From the human T2T-CHM13v2.0 reference genome, Homo sapiens: a DNA stretch of 64,000 nt. The notes under the pieces were generated by a model. That model had not been told where the DNA came from. It saw only the letters and a list, made by a program, of their open reading frames with translations, and made no database searches. The stretch lies in assembly GCF_009914755.1 (NCBI RefSeq), contig NC_060930.1. The stretch is one strand, 5' to 3'. The translations under genes were made by a program, and so were the position numbers. Below are positions 1 through 16,472 of the stretch, in pieces; the stretch's first letter is position 1; each line of letters starts with the position of its first letter.

Positions 1-399
1 TAGCCTGAGCTGCCCTGGAGCACCCTACTGCAGCCCTCTGGGCGTCACCTCTCTGCCCTCTTCCCTCCCTTCTCCTGCTCCTCCCTGGGCTGCTACAGCA
101 AACTTCCCACTGGCCGGGCCCCTTATCCCCGTGTGCCAGGCTCCCTGCCTCCCACCTGCATGCCTCAGAGCAGCCACCTGCTCCCCCCACCCAGCCTTTA
201 CCCTGCATGTACCCAGCCCTCTGGTGTGCAGCGTCTGCCTGATCCCCTAACCCCTCCACCTTTACCTTTCCCGCCACATGTACCCCGTCCTCTTATTCCA
301 GTAAGTTCCCTCCAGGCACGCACTTTTGCTGGTTTTCTTCACTCCTGCATCCACTGCACCTGGCCTGTGATGGAATCTTCATCCACAGAGAATTGAGTA

Positions 400-1560
<1,161 letters not shown>

Positions 1561-1763
1561 AAAAGGGCCCAAGGGGACACTGGCGGATGACGGACATCGC
1601 CATCCTCTGGACTACGAGTTCAAGGCTCTAACCTCTGGCAAGAATGTGGAGTTGTAAAAAATATAGCAAGGCTTTGGAAGTGACCAATCTGGCTCTATCC
1701 CACAGTTCTGCTGGTTTGGATTTCCCAGTCACAATTCTTTATAATTGTAAACATTCCCCAATG

Positions 1764-2267
<504 letters not shown>

Positions 2268-2432
2268 CCTCAAAGTGTGTTCTGCGGAGTTAATTCTTTA
2301 CTTCTGTTAATTTATGTTAATTGCTGTTGTGGAAAAGGAGCATTTGGGAAATGCTAAGTTAAAGTTAAATAACTTCATTTTCCCGAGGACAATTTGTAGC
2401 AACAGTTCAGATTAGAAACTAATAGTTAGTCA

Positions 2433-2722
2433 TCTTACCAATGATGGAAAAGTCCTATTCGTTATCACAGAGATGTATATGTATAGTTTTCCCTTGCTAT
2501 CCACAGGGAGGTTGGTTTCAGGACCCTGGCTCTTACCAATGATGGAAAAGTCCTATTCGTTATCACAGAAATGTATATGTATAGTTTTCCCTTGCTATCC
2601 ACAGGGAGGTTGGTTGCAGGACCCTGGCTCTTACCAATGATGGAAAAGTCCTATTCGTTATCACAGAGATGTATATGTATAGTTTTCCCTTGCTACCCAC
2701 AGGGAGGTTGGTTTCAGGACCC
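2433..2722. repeat. Minisatellite, 3 x 98 bp
   Basis: tcttaccaatgatggaaaagtcc starts at 2433, 2531 and 2629; copies differ at only 1-3 positions. Confidence 0.97.
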
Positions 2723-2985
2723 CAGCAGATGCCAAAACCTGTGAATCCTCCAGTTGCTGATAGACAATGGCATGGCATTTGCATAGAACCGTGGACTTTA
2801 ACTCCTCTCTGGGTTACTTACAATACTTAATACAATGCCTACACGTCACTTCAGTCACGTAGATTCAATGTAGTACTCAATGCGCAGCAAATTCAAACTT
2901 TGGTTTTGGAACTTTGCAGAATTTATTTTCTGAAAATTTTCAATCTGCAGTTGGTGGAATCCATAGATGCAGAAGCCCTGACTGT
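2680..2985 (+). mobile_element. MER2B-like Tigger (Tc1/mariner) MITE
   Basis: ggttggtttcaggacccc...tacaatgcctacacgtcacttc...gcagttggtggaatcca...gactgta resembles MER2B. Confidence 0.75.
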
Positions 2986-3046
2986 ACTGGAGATTAGACC
3001 ATGTCCCATAAAACCATGCCTCTCACACTTGGACGTGCACACAAAT

Positions 3047-3811
3047 TAAAACCAGCCCAACTGTCCCATAGAATTGGGACAATTTTTTGAATAAACATAG
3101 AAATTGACCCTCCTGATCTTAAAACTTGAAACTTACATTTGTCTCATCTGAGTTGCTTCCTCAGGAAAGGAGCTGAAACTCATCAGATCACCACATCCAG
3201 AGAAGATGCCAGTCCACTCATTCATGATTGCTTCCTGTATTAATCTGTTCTCACACTGCTATAAGGACATGCTCGACACTGGGTCACTTGTAAAGGAAAG
3301 AGATTTCATTGGCTTACAGTTCAGCATGGCTGGGGAGGCCTCAGGCAGAAGGGGGAGCCAACACGTCCTTCTTCACATGGTGGCAGGAAGGAGAAGAATG
3401 AGCAAAAGGGAAAAGTCCCTCATAAAACCATCAGAGATCGTGAGGACTCACTCACTACCATGAGAACAGCAGCACTGGGGTAACTGCCCCCATGACTCAA
3501 TTACCTCCTACCAGATCCCTCCAATAACACATAGGGATGATGGGAACTACAATTCAAGATGAGATTTGGGTGGCGACACAGCAAACCATATCATTTCCTC
3601 ACCCCTCCCTAATTCTGTTTTACACTCCTTCCTCGCTATATAAACTCCCCAATTTTAGTCAAGCAAGGAGACAGGTTTGAGACAGATCTCCCATCTCCTC
3701 AGCTGCAGCACCCAGTTAAAGCCTTCTTCCCTGGCAAAACTCATCTCAGTGAATGGCTTTCTGAGCAACAAGCAATAAGACCTGGACCACACCCCTGGCG
3801 TTTCGGTAACA
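3047..3811 (+). mobile_element. LOR1-like ERV1 solo LTR interrupted by a THE1/MST LTR
   Basis: aaaccagcccaactgtcccatagaa...aataaacatagaaattgaccctcc start; ...cctggcgtttcggtaaca end. Confidence 0.7.
3236..3593 (-). mobile_element. THE1/MST (MaLR) solo LTR
   Basis: tgtatt...aaaccatatca termini; 5-bp TSD-like cttcc/tttcc. Confidence 0.88.
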
Positions 3812-3974
3812 GAATCACTTGGGGATCTTCTAAAGGTACACAATCAGTTTCATTAGGTCAGGCCCTAGACACTGTGTTTCTCAAGTGGTTCTGATTCTAC
3901 TGGTCAGCAGAACACAGTTTGAGTAGCAGAGCTCTAAAATGTATGTATGCATAGGTGCACATAACTCTCGGAGG

Positions 3975-4610
<636 letters not shown>

Positions 4611-5471
4611 TTTGTTTCACTCGAAGATTTTGAGTGTCTACTATATACACCAGGCTCTTGTCTTTACATCATTCTGACTTATGGAAGGGTTTGCTTTGCA
4701 GTGAGGTTTCAGGTTACTCTCCTTTTATAGATGGGATCCTTTTTCTTCCTTTTGAAAACAAATTGATTATTCTTTATCAAAATTATAAATGTTCATTGCT
4801 TAAAGAATTCAAGCAATACAGAAGAGAACAAACAATAAAAATCTCACCACCTCAGACGTGGCCTTCATTAACATTTTAGTGACTATTCTTCCAGTCCCCT
4901 CTTTATGACCTATGGGTGACCCATTGAGGGTTCCTCTGGTCAATAATTTTGAGAAGCTTCTGTGTATTATAGTCCCCACCTGGAGGTCCCAGAGAGCACT
5001 AGAGTTTTCAAGGCTCACAAAACTTACAGCAAAAAGTTTTGCCACTACAAACAAGTATCCTTAAGTGTCTATATTTTTTCAATTATATTATTATTTTCTT
5101 AGGGGAAACAAAGCATGCATAGTGCCCTCCCCAAAGGCTGTGCAACTTTATACTGCCACTAATTGCTCATGAGAGTTACCATTTCCTAAATCCTACTGCT
5201 AGTAGACTTTACCAGTTCCTTTGCTTTTGATCAATCTGATAACACAAACAAAGCTAACTGCTGTTTCTATTGTTTCTTCAATCATTCATGAGGTGTTTAT
5301 CGATTAATTTATAAATTGTCAATTCATGGTCTTTCCAAATTTGGATTTTTATTTTTTTACTTTTGAGTTCTTTGTTTAATAAGGAAATTTATATTTTAGT
5401 ATGTGAGTTGCAAATATTTTTACCAATTTAGTTTTCAACATGCTTATTTTATTGTGTTACAAAGTCATTTT

Positions 5472-5741
5472 CCCCAGCACTTTGGCAGGCCGAAACAGGC
5501 AGATCACTTGAGGTCAGGAGTTCGAGACCAGCCTGGCCAACACGGTGAAACCCCATCTCTACCAAAAATACAAAAATTAGCTGGGAGTGGTTGCACATGC
5601 CTGTAATCCCAGCTACCATGGAGGCTGAGGCAGGAGAATCACCTGAACCTGGGAGATGGAGGTTGCAGTGAGCCTAGATCACGCCTCCAGCCTGGGCGAC
5701 AGAGCAAGACTCAGTCTTAAAAATAAAAAAATTAAAAAAAA
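5472..5741 (+). mobile_element. AluS, 5'-truncated, within L1M fragments
   Basis: Starts at cccagcactttgg; A tail ends ~5741. Confidence 0.92.
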
Positions 5742-6059
5742 GTAGTTTTCAATTTGTATATCACCAAATACATGGATTTGGGGTTTGGGGATTTCTGACC
5801 TGTTCATATTTGAAGGACCTCTTGCAACCAAGATTATAAAAATATTCACCCATATTTTCTTATGATATTTTATAATTTCTATATTTACAATTAGATTCTC
5901 AATCCACCTAGACGTTATTTTCATGTGAGGTCTGAAGTAAAGCTCTACCTCTATTTTTTGTCTAAGTCACCAGCCCGTCATCATACCTCATATATTAGAT
6001 AATTTATTTTTTAACTCTAAGATGACATGATGTCTTTTTAAGTTTTGTTTTATATTTTG

Positions 6060-7650
6060 CATTGCATAATATTCACTTCTGGTGTATAGTTGCATGATTT
6101 GGGCAAATGTGTAGAGTTGTGTAACCACCATCACAAGGCACAGGACAGTTTCATCACCCCCCAAAACTCCCTCTCCCTGCACCTTTGTAGTGAATCCACA
6201 CCCCTAACCCACGGCAGTCCACGGCCCTCTTCTCCATCTTCTCCATCCCAGTGCTTTGCCCTTTCCAGAATGTCCTAAGGATGGAATGGCGTGGTGTGCA
6301 CCTTTGAGCACCGCTTCTTTGACTGAGAGCAACCCATGAGATCCCTCGTGTTGCTGTGTGTGTCTGTGGACAGCTGACTGCTTTTCACTGCTGAGTAGTA
6401 TTCTGTTGTGCCACAGTCTGTTTATCCATTTGCTAGAGTAGGCAGACAGCTAGCCATGAACAGGATAGGGAACCCCTGAAAAAGGAAGCTCTGGAAAATC
6501 TCACACCCTTGGGATCACCTGAAACATGCCTGCTGGACATGAGCAGAGAGGAGGGGAGATTCCAACGCAGAAGGGGACACCCCGAAACGCTCCTTAGGGC
6601 ACCCAGTCATTGCTCACTCTGCAGTTAGCCTGTCAGAAGGTCGATAGCTGTGTGCTGATCAGAACGGAAGAAGGGCGAAGGGAAATTCCTAAGAGACACA
6701 GGCGCAATAGGCACTAACTTAACCGCTATAGGACCTTCCTGGGGTGGCGGACATGGGCAGTGCTGCCATCAGGCAGGATTCATGCTGATCACCAGCACAT
6801 GTTAACTGACATGTTTACTGTTAACTGACAGTAAAGGAGAATCCCCAAACTTGGGGCAGGAACAAGGTGGAGACTCAAGACAGAGGCAGCAACTTAAGGA
6901 AACAATCTGATGTAATCAACAGCCCCACGCAGAGCCCTCAGGGCTGCTCCCAGCCGGGCCAGCCCACTCCTTTCCTGGGGTGTACTCTTACGTCCTTCAT
7001 AACCCACACTTCCCAGTAACACATTCACCAGTTAAAGGACATTTGAGGAGTTTTCCGCTCTTTGTGGTTGTGAGTGAGCTTGCTATTCACACTTGCCTAC
7101 AGGTTTTCTGGAGAGAATACGTTTTCATTTGTCCTGGGCAGAAGGCCAGGAGTAGCGTTACTGGGCCATGGCGTCTAGGAAGTTTCTTACCTTTCTGAGA
7201 CCTCTTGCTGTTCTCCAAAGCAGCGGCCCGCTTTGCCTTCCCACGGGGAGCGCGTGGGAGTTGCCGTCGCCCAGGGTCCCATCATCAGCACTTGCTCTTT
7301 TCCATCGCTGTGTCGTTCTGGCTTTTTTCTCAACCCGCTCTAGCAGGCTTGTAGCAGCGTCTCATTCCCCTAATGGGTAATGGCGTGGAGCATCTTTCCA
7401 TGAGTTTATTGGCCATTTATAGATCTTCGTTGGGGAAGTGTCTCTTCAAATCTTGTGCCAATTTTTTTTTACTAGGTTGTTTTCTATTTCTGAGTTGACA
7501 CTGTGTCTTTCTTCGCGCGGCATTTCCAGGTCTGTGGAAGTCTATTTTGAACCTTCTGTTCCAGTCCATTAATCTACCTGTCTGTTCCGGGGCCGGGACC
7601 ACACTGTTTTTATGACTGTAACTGTTTTATTACTCTAAGAATGTATTTCA
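6060..7650 (-). mobile_element. L1MC/L1MD-type 3' region interrupted by a solo LTR
   Basis: ctgctgagtagtattc, tttatccatt|cacc, gagcatctttccatg, gaagtgtct motifs of antisense L1. Confidence 0.78.
6431..7021 (+). mobile_element. ERV solo LTR (family not assigned)
   Basis: TG...CA termini flanked by a 4-bp TSD catt/catt; removing it restores the L1 motif tttatccattcacc; strand tentative. Confidence 0.72.
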
Positions 7651-8218
7651 TTTGTATAAGACAATTCTTCCCTTATTATTCTTTTCCAAAATACTCTGTT
7701 ATTTTCAAATATTTATTTTCCAGCTCAACTTTAGAATAATTTTGTCAAGTTCTCCCCAAATTCTGTTGAGATGTTTACCTTTAATGATACTGAATTAAAT
7801 AGAATAATTTAGGGGAAATTATCCTTTAAAATACTGTCTTCTAGTCCAAGAAAAGACAGATTATTCCCTTCATTAAAGTTTTTATTTGTGTCTGACAGGT
7901 TGATTGCTTTTCAGGTATTTGTATTTAGTCTGTTTTCATAGTTGGTGTGCTCAGGATTGGGGTAAAATCAGTAATGAAAACGGACACACTGGCAGAACTC
8001 TGATTCACTCCCGAACTGGATGGGCTTGAGATCAGACAATGTTAGTGATGTGTTTTACCTCTGTCCTAATTTTAGCTATTTGTAAAACTTACAACATTAA
8101 ATTTGAGGATTAGAAAAACAAATCGCCTCCATAACAGTGACAGCTCCATCTCTTTGCCACCCGTAACTCTTCACAGTGGATGAAACTTTCAGTTTATTTT
8201 TCCCCAACAGAGAGCTGA

Positions 8219-8651
<433 letters not shown>

Positions 8652-8831
8652 TCCAATATGCAGTTCATTATTCCTCATTTTCCCCCCACCCTCCCCCCTT
8701 CTGAGTCTCCAGTCTCCAGTCTCCATTATACCACTCAGTATGCCTTTGCATTCCCATAGTTTAGCTCCCACTCATAAGTGAGAATATACAGTATTTGGTT
8801 TTCCATTCCTGAGTTACTTCACTTAGAATAG

Positions 8832-9250
<419 letters not shown>

Positions 9251-10019
9251 TATATCAGGTTTTCTTTATCCACTCATTTGTTGATGGGCACTTAGGTTGG
9301 TTCCATATCTTCGTAATTGTGAATTGTTCCGTAATAAACATACAGATGCCTTTTTGATATAATGACTTTTCCTTTGGGTATATACCCAGTAGTGGGATTA
9401 GTGGATTGAATGGTAGATCAACTTTTAGTTCTTTCAGAAATCTCCACACTGTTTTCCATGAGGTTGTACTCATTTACATTCCCACCAGCTGTGTGCGAGC
9501 GTTTCCTCCTTTCCACATCCTTCTGAGGCATTTCAGAAGGAATTTACATTGCTGCTGTGGGTTGCAGCCATGCATAGGTAGCTACACATTGGTGGCACAT
9601 TTAAAATGCCACTTTACTAGCTTTTAATATAAACATGATCCCATGCAGACACTTGTTTTCTTTTGAAAAGAACTATTTAGCCTGATCTACAAAAGGATTC
9701 TTGTGAATAAGAATGCAAATCACCAGTCTGCCCGCTGACTGCCCAGACTCCTTCTTAGCTGCCAAAGTGATCCATTCCATCCCCAAGTTTTCTCTTCCCG
9801 TCATTCCCAAGTCTTGCCTTTGCTTCATTCTGAAGAGACTAGTTTCCGTAATTTACAGTTTCGGAGGAAGAAAATGACTCTTACATATCTGACTTCAAGT
9901 CTCTTGATAAACTTTCAGTAACATGAGTGCTCTCAGTTTCTCTGAAAAACCTTGGTTTTAGGACCTTTTGCTTCCTGGAGCCTTTGCATTCAAGAGAATT
10001 CAAATAAATGTTTTGATCA

Positions 10020-10800
10020 TGATGTAGGCTCAGCTTCCTTACAAGAGACCCAAAACATAGTGGCTTAAATGAGAGAGAAACTTATTTTTCTCTAAGAGTC
10101 CAAGCTGATGCAGCAGTTCAGCTCTGTGAAATTGTCAGGGGCCCAGACTCCTTTTGCCTTAGAGCCCTGCCATCCTTCTGCTGTCTCCTTTGTGGGCATG
10201 GACTGGCGACATCCCAAAGAGACACTCCAGCACAGACACAGCGAGGACTCAGTTACACAGCCACGTCCTAGCTTCAGGGGAGGCAGGGCAATGTCACCTT
10301 TGTCGTATGCACCTCTCTGCCCTGCTAAAAATTCTCTGTTAATCTAAGAAATAAGAGGAGAACAGATATTGAGACACAAGTAGCAGCCTCAGAACCCACC
10401 TGGGCATTAAGAGACATTTACAGGGCTAGGCTGGGCTTTAATCAGGATGGGCAAGATGGAGCAGGAACAAATGAACCCCAAGACTTCATTGTCTAGCTGC
10501 ACAAAAGGTGAGCTCTTCCTCAGTCCATTGAAGGCCTAGGACACCTTCTCAGACAACTGTCTCCCTGGGGGAGTTCAGTATTCTGGGTTGCTTCACACAT
10601 GCCAACCTGGGCTCCATCATCACACTGGCTGGGAGGATATGGCATGGAAAACCTGGTGCCAGCTCCCAAATGCTTCCGCCCGGAAGTGGCATCCAGTGTG
10701 TCTGCTCAGATTTCCCTGACTGAGGCAAGTCACGTGGCCACGCCTAACTCCAAGGGGACAGGGCACACCCCTCCATGAACTTGAAGGAAGAAGAGGCGAA
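10020..10800. mobile_element. Old MLT1 (MaLR) LTR fragments
   Basis: agtggcttaaa...ttattttctct and gcaagtcacgtggcca...aactccaagggg MLT1J/K-like motifs. Confidence 0.55.
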
Positions 10801-11407
10801 AGGAATGAGCAAGAACACGGTCTTTGGCATCTTGAGGAGCTGCAGGTCAGTCCCACTGCAGCAGGACAGTCCTAGAGAGGCAGCAGGCAGTCTGGCACCT
10901 TTGCATGGCTCCAGACCTCGGATCCCCTCACAGCCCACCACACCAAGGTAGGTGCTAGTGGGTCCCTGGGTTTGGATGGCGGATCATTCACTTGCTTGCA
11001 ACCAAGTACAGTTTTTGATTTTAGCTCTGAATGAGCTTTGTGAAGGTGGAACTCATTCCAACAGCGGGAACTGAAAGGACCACAGATGAATTATATTGTT
11101 TACCCTTCAACATAGACCACCCACCTCTTAATTACCCTGGTGCTTGGGTGACCTATTAAATAACTTAGACAGAAAGCATCACGCACAATACCCTCAACAT
11201 GAAAAGCCCGAACAGTGGAAGCCAACATAAACACACACTCTGTGCATCCTCTGCCATGGCCATCAGTTAGCAGAATGGAACCCACAGTTTGTCTTAATGA
11301 GAATCACTCCACCAAGGGTTCTCGTCCTGGATCCTAGTGTCTTTCTTGTGGCATCATGTGGTTTTAGCATCTACTTCCTCTCCACTCCCAGGACCGTATG
11401 GTAATAC

Positions 11408-12092
11408 CGACCTAAAAGGAAGATGCTGAGGCAAAACTTACATAATTAGGGAGTTTCTTTGGATCAGGGTTTCAAGTTGCAAGCTGGGAGCACAGATGCC
11501 AGTTGTCCTGAGTATGCCCTCCAATTAGCAACGGTTACAAGGAGGCTTGAAAGGGAAAGAAGGGGTAGTTCCCAAATTGTTTACCAAGCAGATACATTAA
11601 AATAACATCAGCTATTGGTTGTCTATGCATTGTTCGTTGTGTCACAAAAATCTAGGAACTTAATGAGTGAGGCAGCTTGTCAGTAACAAAATTACCTGAA
11701 GTAATTGTCACTGGACTGAGTGGCTCATGCCTGCAATCCCAGCACTTCGGGAAGTTGAAGCAGGAGGATTCCATGAGCTCAGGAGTTTGAGACTCCCCCA
11801 TCTCTACAAAAAATAAAAAAATTAGCCAGGTGCAGTGGCACGCACCTGTGGCCCCAGCTACTCAGGGGTGTGAGCAGGAGAATTGCAGGTTGAGGCTGCA
11901 GTGAGCCGTGATTGAGCCACTGCACTCCAGCCTGGGTGACAGAACTAGACCCTGTCTCAAAAGAATAAAACAAAAACACTAGCCCCTGGGCATGGGTGCA
12001 GGGGTAGGGATTAGCTAAACCCATACTCTTTTCTCTCTGGGTCTGTGTGCCTCACAGAGCTCAGACTTCTCTGAGCTATTGTTCTTTTCCCA
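11408..12092 (-). mobile_element. ERV1 (MER4-group) solo LTR interrupted by an AluJ
   Basis: cgacctaaaaggaagatgctgaggcaaaa and gagctcagacttctctgagctatt...ttttccca termini; family uncertain. Confidence 0.65.
11712..11977 (+). mobile_element. AluJ
   Basis: Diverged dimeric Alu with A-rich tail. Confidence 0.9.
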
Positions 12093-12512
12093 GTAATTAA
12101 TGAGGCATCTTAGTAGCTTTAATTCATCCTTCCTAGGCCACCCCAGGTGCTCCGCGGCTGAGGAGGACAGCACTTCACATTCCACTGCTGCTCCCCTTCT
12201 TCCAGGGGTGGCCACCTGTCCTCCCTTAATCTACTCAGAAGGTTTCTCCATTTAGAAAGAGTAACTGTGACTGTTGTAATGAATAAATCTCAACATTTCC
12301 ACGGCTTCATATGAAACAAATTTGATCCTCATTTACGTAAATCCCAAATGGATATTTCTGACTATCGTCAACAGCAGGCTCCAAACAACAGAGTTATGCA
12401 GAACCTAGGCTAACAGGGGACCCACCATCTTCAGCAATGTTTCCAATTTTGTTCTGGACACCCACAGCCCACCCAGCAAGGATAGGAAGAAAGAGAACAG
12501 AGAAGGTGCACC

Positions 12513-13757
12513 TACAATCACCTAATGGGTTCTTCCTGCCCACAGCACCGACAAAAATCAGCACACTGAGACAACAGCGTTGCAAAAGAGAAAGACTAAT
12601 TGACTGGAGGCTGTCCCACACAGGAGAACAGGACTTAACACTGAAATTAGCCTTCCTGTAGGCTCAGAGGTTAGGGTTTTTATGGACAATTTGATGAGCA
12701 GGGGGCTAGGGAATGGGTGTTGCTAATTGGTGGGGGATGAAATAACAGGTGTGTGAAAAATGGTCCTTCAGCATTGAGTCTGCACCAGCTGAGTCACAAG
12801 TCTGGGTGGGGCCAGTCTGAAAAACATCTCAAAAAAGCCCCTAGGTTCTACAATAGTGATGTTATCTGTAAATGGGAAGGTCACAATTCTTGTGACCTCT
12901 AGCCACATTTTCTATAATCCCAAAGCAGTAAAAGATGACAGAAAATATGTCTATATCTTAGCTGAGTTCAGGCCCCTCTCATAATCCTATTCTTGCTTAC
13001 AAAGTTTTTGATGGTGAGCAAGGAGGGAGTTAGCTTCTGGGAAGGACTATTATCATCTTTACTTTATTATCATTTAAGTTAAACTATAAACTAAATTCCT
13101 CCCACCGTTAGCCTGGCCTATGCCCAGGAATGACCAAAGACAGCTTGTTACCCACCATGAGCTCGTGGGCTCTCAATGAGATAGAAATTGACATAAGGGT
13201 GAAAGAGTTTTCCAGACAAGGTTTCATTGGAGCTTATGCCTGGGCATAAGGGAGGCAGCATGGGAGGGAGAGAAAGAGAGAAAGAGAACTCCCTGACTGA
13301 CTCCCTCAAAAGAGCTGGTGGGACTTTCTTATTAGGCAAAGCATGGGAATTGAAATGAGGGACAGGGTGCACAGGCTGGGCTGGGCGAAGCATGTGAAGG
13401 GTAGGGTATGCAGGCCAGCATTATTTGGTTGTAATGGTTCTCTTGATTAATAGTAGGTCATCTGGTGGTCTGGCCAACAGCCACAAGGCTACGAATCAAT
13501 TGTTCAGCATTCCTTCCCAAGGTGGGACACTCCACAACCTTGGTTATCTCCTAAGGCTGGTTTCTGGAATTCTTTAAGTAAAAGGCATGGTTAAACACAG
13601 TGTCAGTGAGGTAGTGGTGTGGGTTGTGTGATCAGTGGGAATGCTCCTGTGGGGATGAAACTCCACCTCTACTGTGTCTCACTTGGAGGTCAGAAGCGAA
13701 ATGGAGTCAACTATGCCAGATTTATCTTACCGTCATAATTTTGCAAAGGCAGTTACA
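12513..13757 (-). mobile_element. LTR8A-like ERV1 solo LTR containing a second LTR
   Basis: aatgggttcttcctgccc start; gatggagtcaac...cataattttgcaaaggcagttaca end; TSD CACC at 12509-12512 and 13758-13761. Confidence 0.8.
13146..13681 (-). mobile_element. ERV1 solo LTR nested in the LTR8A-like element (family uncertain)
   Basis: tgtta...tgtctca termini; splits the host motif gacagct|tggagg. Confidence 0.68.
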
Positions 13758-14009
13758 CACCCTGTCTTCAGCAGTCACCTCAGGCTACTGTCACAAAGTA
13801 CCACAGACTGGGGGGCTTAAATACAGAAGTCTGTTGCCTCACATTCTGGAGGCTGAAGTCCAGATCGAGGTGTGGCTGGGTGGGTTTCTCCTGAGGCCTC
13901 TCTCCTTGGCTTGCACATGGCTGCCTTCTCCCTTGTGTTCTCATGAGGGTTTTCCTATCTGTGTGTCCTGATTTCCTCTTTTTATAAGGACATCAGTCAT
14001 ATTGGATGA

Positions 14010-14595
14010 TGAAGAAAACCAGAATATTTTATCTGAAAATATACTCCTCGGACATATTTGGAGGTGCCTGTCAGAGGCCCTGCAGACATAGGTAGCCCCG
14101 CGATGCTGCCTTTTGTGGGGAGAGTCACCTCTATAGAGAAGCCGCTTTGACGAAGCCAGACTTTCTCTGAGGCCCTTCCTTGGGAAGGACCTAGAAAAGA
14201 TTACATGAGAGTCTGACACGGTGAAGGTCAGAGAGAAACATTTGCCATCCCTTCTCTCTGAGGGCTGCTAATGTGAGGTTTCATCTACACCACAAGACCA
14301 ACCTTGCTGGCCACACCCCCTCTTCTCTACCTCCCGTAACCCGTCTTGGCGCTAGAACCTGACTCACCACCATCCCTGGTTTTGCATATGCTGTTAGCCT
14401 TTATTCTTTTTGGAACCTCAGGATGGTATATAAGCTCTGTACACCATTGAGGGGTTGGGGTAACCACTCTGTGATATTCCCTCCACGCACCTTAACACAT
14501 TCGTATGCCATTTCTCCTATTAATCTGCTTTTTGTCGGTTGATGTTTCAGTGAAACTTCAGAGGGTGAAGGGAGAGTTATCTCTTGGCCCCCACA
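14010..14595 (+). mobile_element. 5' LTR (MER39-like)
   Basis: tgaagaaaaccagaatatttt...ctcttggcccccaca. Confidence 0.85.
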
Positions 14596-14599
14596 GTTT

Positions 14600-14617
14600 T
14601 GGCACTCTCAGCAGGAC
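14600..14617 (+). other. Primer-binding site, tRNA-Ser(CGA)-like
   Basis: TGGCACTCTCAGCAGGAC vs TGGCGCTGTGAGCAGGAT (complement of the recalled tRNA-Ser-CGA 3' end), 14/18 match, 4 nt after the LTR. Confidence 0.6.
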
Positions 14618-15844
14618 TCCAAAGCTCTTCTCTTCTGGAAGCCACAGTCAAGGGAACCCAGGACCTAACAGGCAGGCAGAAGGGGAAGAATTTACCAGCC
14701 AGCTTTGGCCTCTCTGTGTGGAATCTGGTTGAGCAGATGGTAAAAATCACTCTCTGAAAAGTTTTGGTTAACAGGAGCAAAGGATTTATGACTAGTCTTG
14801 GGTGTAGCAACTCTATAGTACTTTTTAGTGTGAATGTTCATATTGCTTGATCCCTTTTCCTCCCTGAGTCTATTTCTTTGTCTTTATCTTTCTGTGTTGT
14901 TGCATTAAGAAGGGTACCACAGGATAGCACACGGGCCTAAGCCCATCGTTGGAGCCGGCCCTGCAGGCTGGTCAGTTTTACCGTTCTAATCAGACCTGTA
15001 TCTATTTAGACAAAACTTCACTGTGGGTCCCTAAATTAAGGTTGGATGAGGTTCCCTGTCATCTTGCATTATGTCCCTACGAGCTTGACTTGTGACCAAG
15101 TGAGAGCTCTCTCTTGGTCTCCACCATCCAGGGGCTGAGATTTTTGTGTCACACCAGGTGGGCGATCTGAAAATGGCTGAGAATCTGAGATACATAAGAT
15201 TTAAAGCAGCACACTTTGTGCTCCAATCATGTCGGGCTCTCAGGGGGAGATGTCTTACCAAGAAGTCCCATCCATAAGGGGATTTTGTCATCTCAACCCT
15301 TGCGACCTGGTCATCCTGGGAAAGTCCAATCCTAAAATGGTGTACACAGTGTCAGAGATTAATGAGTCTGTGACCAGTGGCCCCCCCATAAATTTGTGGG
15401 CTATTGGAGGCATCATACACACAAACATTATCCTGAACCATCTGTGGCAACCACAGGCTTTGGCTACCTTAGCTTATTCCTGGGAGTGGACTTTTTGAGA
15501 ATCATTAGAATTGCCTCTTCTGTGCCCTCTCCAGGAAACACCTCTTGCACATATGCTAAAAATTTAACCTAAACCTGGAAAATTACTTCTCGGGCTTCCA
15601 ATGAAGAGTCTATTGGATTGAGTTGCTGTTGGAATAAGTACACCATTGAAAATTCTAATTGTTAGGGGTAAAAAGATGGATCCTTAAAATTGGACTTCTA
15701 AATTTAAAAAAAAAAGGATTTTAGAGATCTCTCCTTCTAAACAATTGCCTTATTTTTAAGATTAAATTAAAAGACAAATAACAGTGTCATGGCTAGCCTT
15801 AGAAATTCCCTTGATAACATTAAAGAGCAAAAATACATGACCTT

Positions 15845-15985
15845 GGCTGGACCCAAAGGCTCATGCCCTAATCCTGGCATTTTGAGGCCAAGGTGGGAGG
15901 ATCACTTGAGCCCAGGAGTTCAAGACCAGCCTGGGCAACATGGCAAGACCCTCCCTCTCTATTAAAAAAAATTAACAAATAAAAA
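15845..15985 (+). mobile_element. FLAM-C / Alu left monomer
   Basis: Single monomer with A tail; atgacct on both sides. Confidence 0.85.
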
Positions 15986-15998
15986 TGACCTAAAGCAG

Positions 15999-16472
<474 letters not shown>

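Noticed and set aside
2433-2722. Regularly spaced repeats (also 57978-58222 and the LTR12C repeats) as a CRISPR-like array
   Set aside because: Head-to-tail tandem units without unique spacers, no cas genes, eukaryotic DNA
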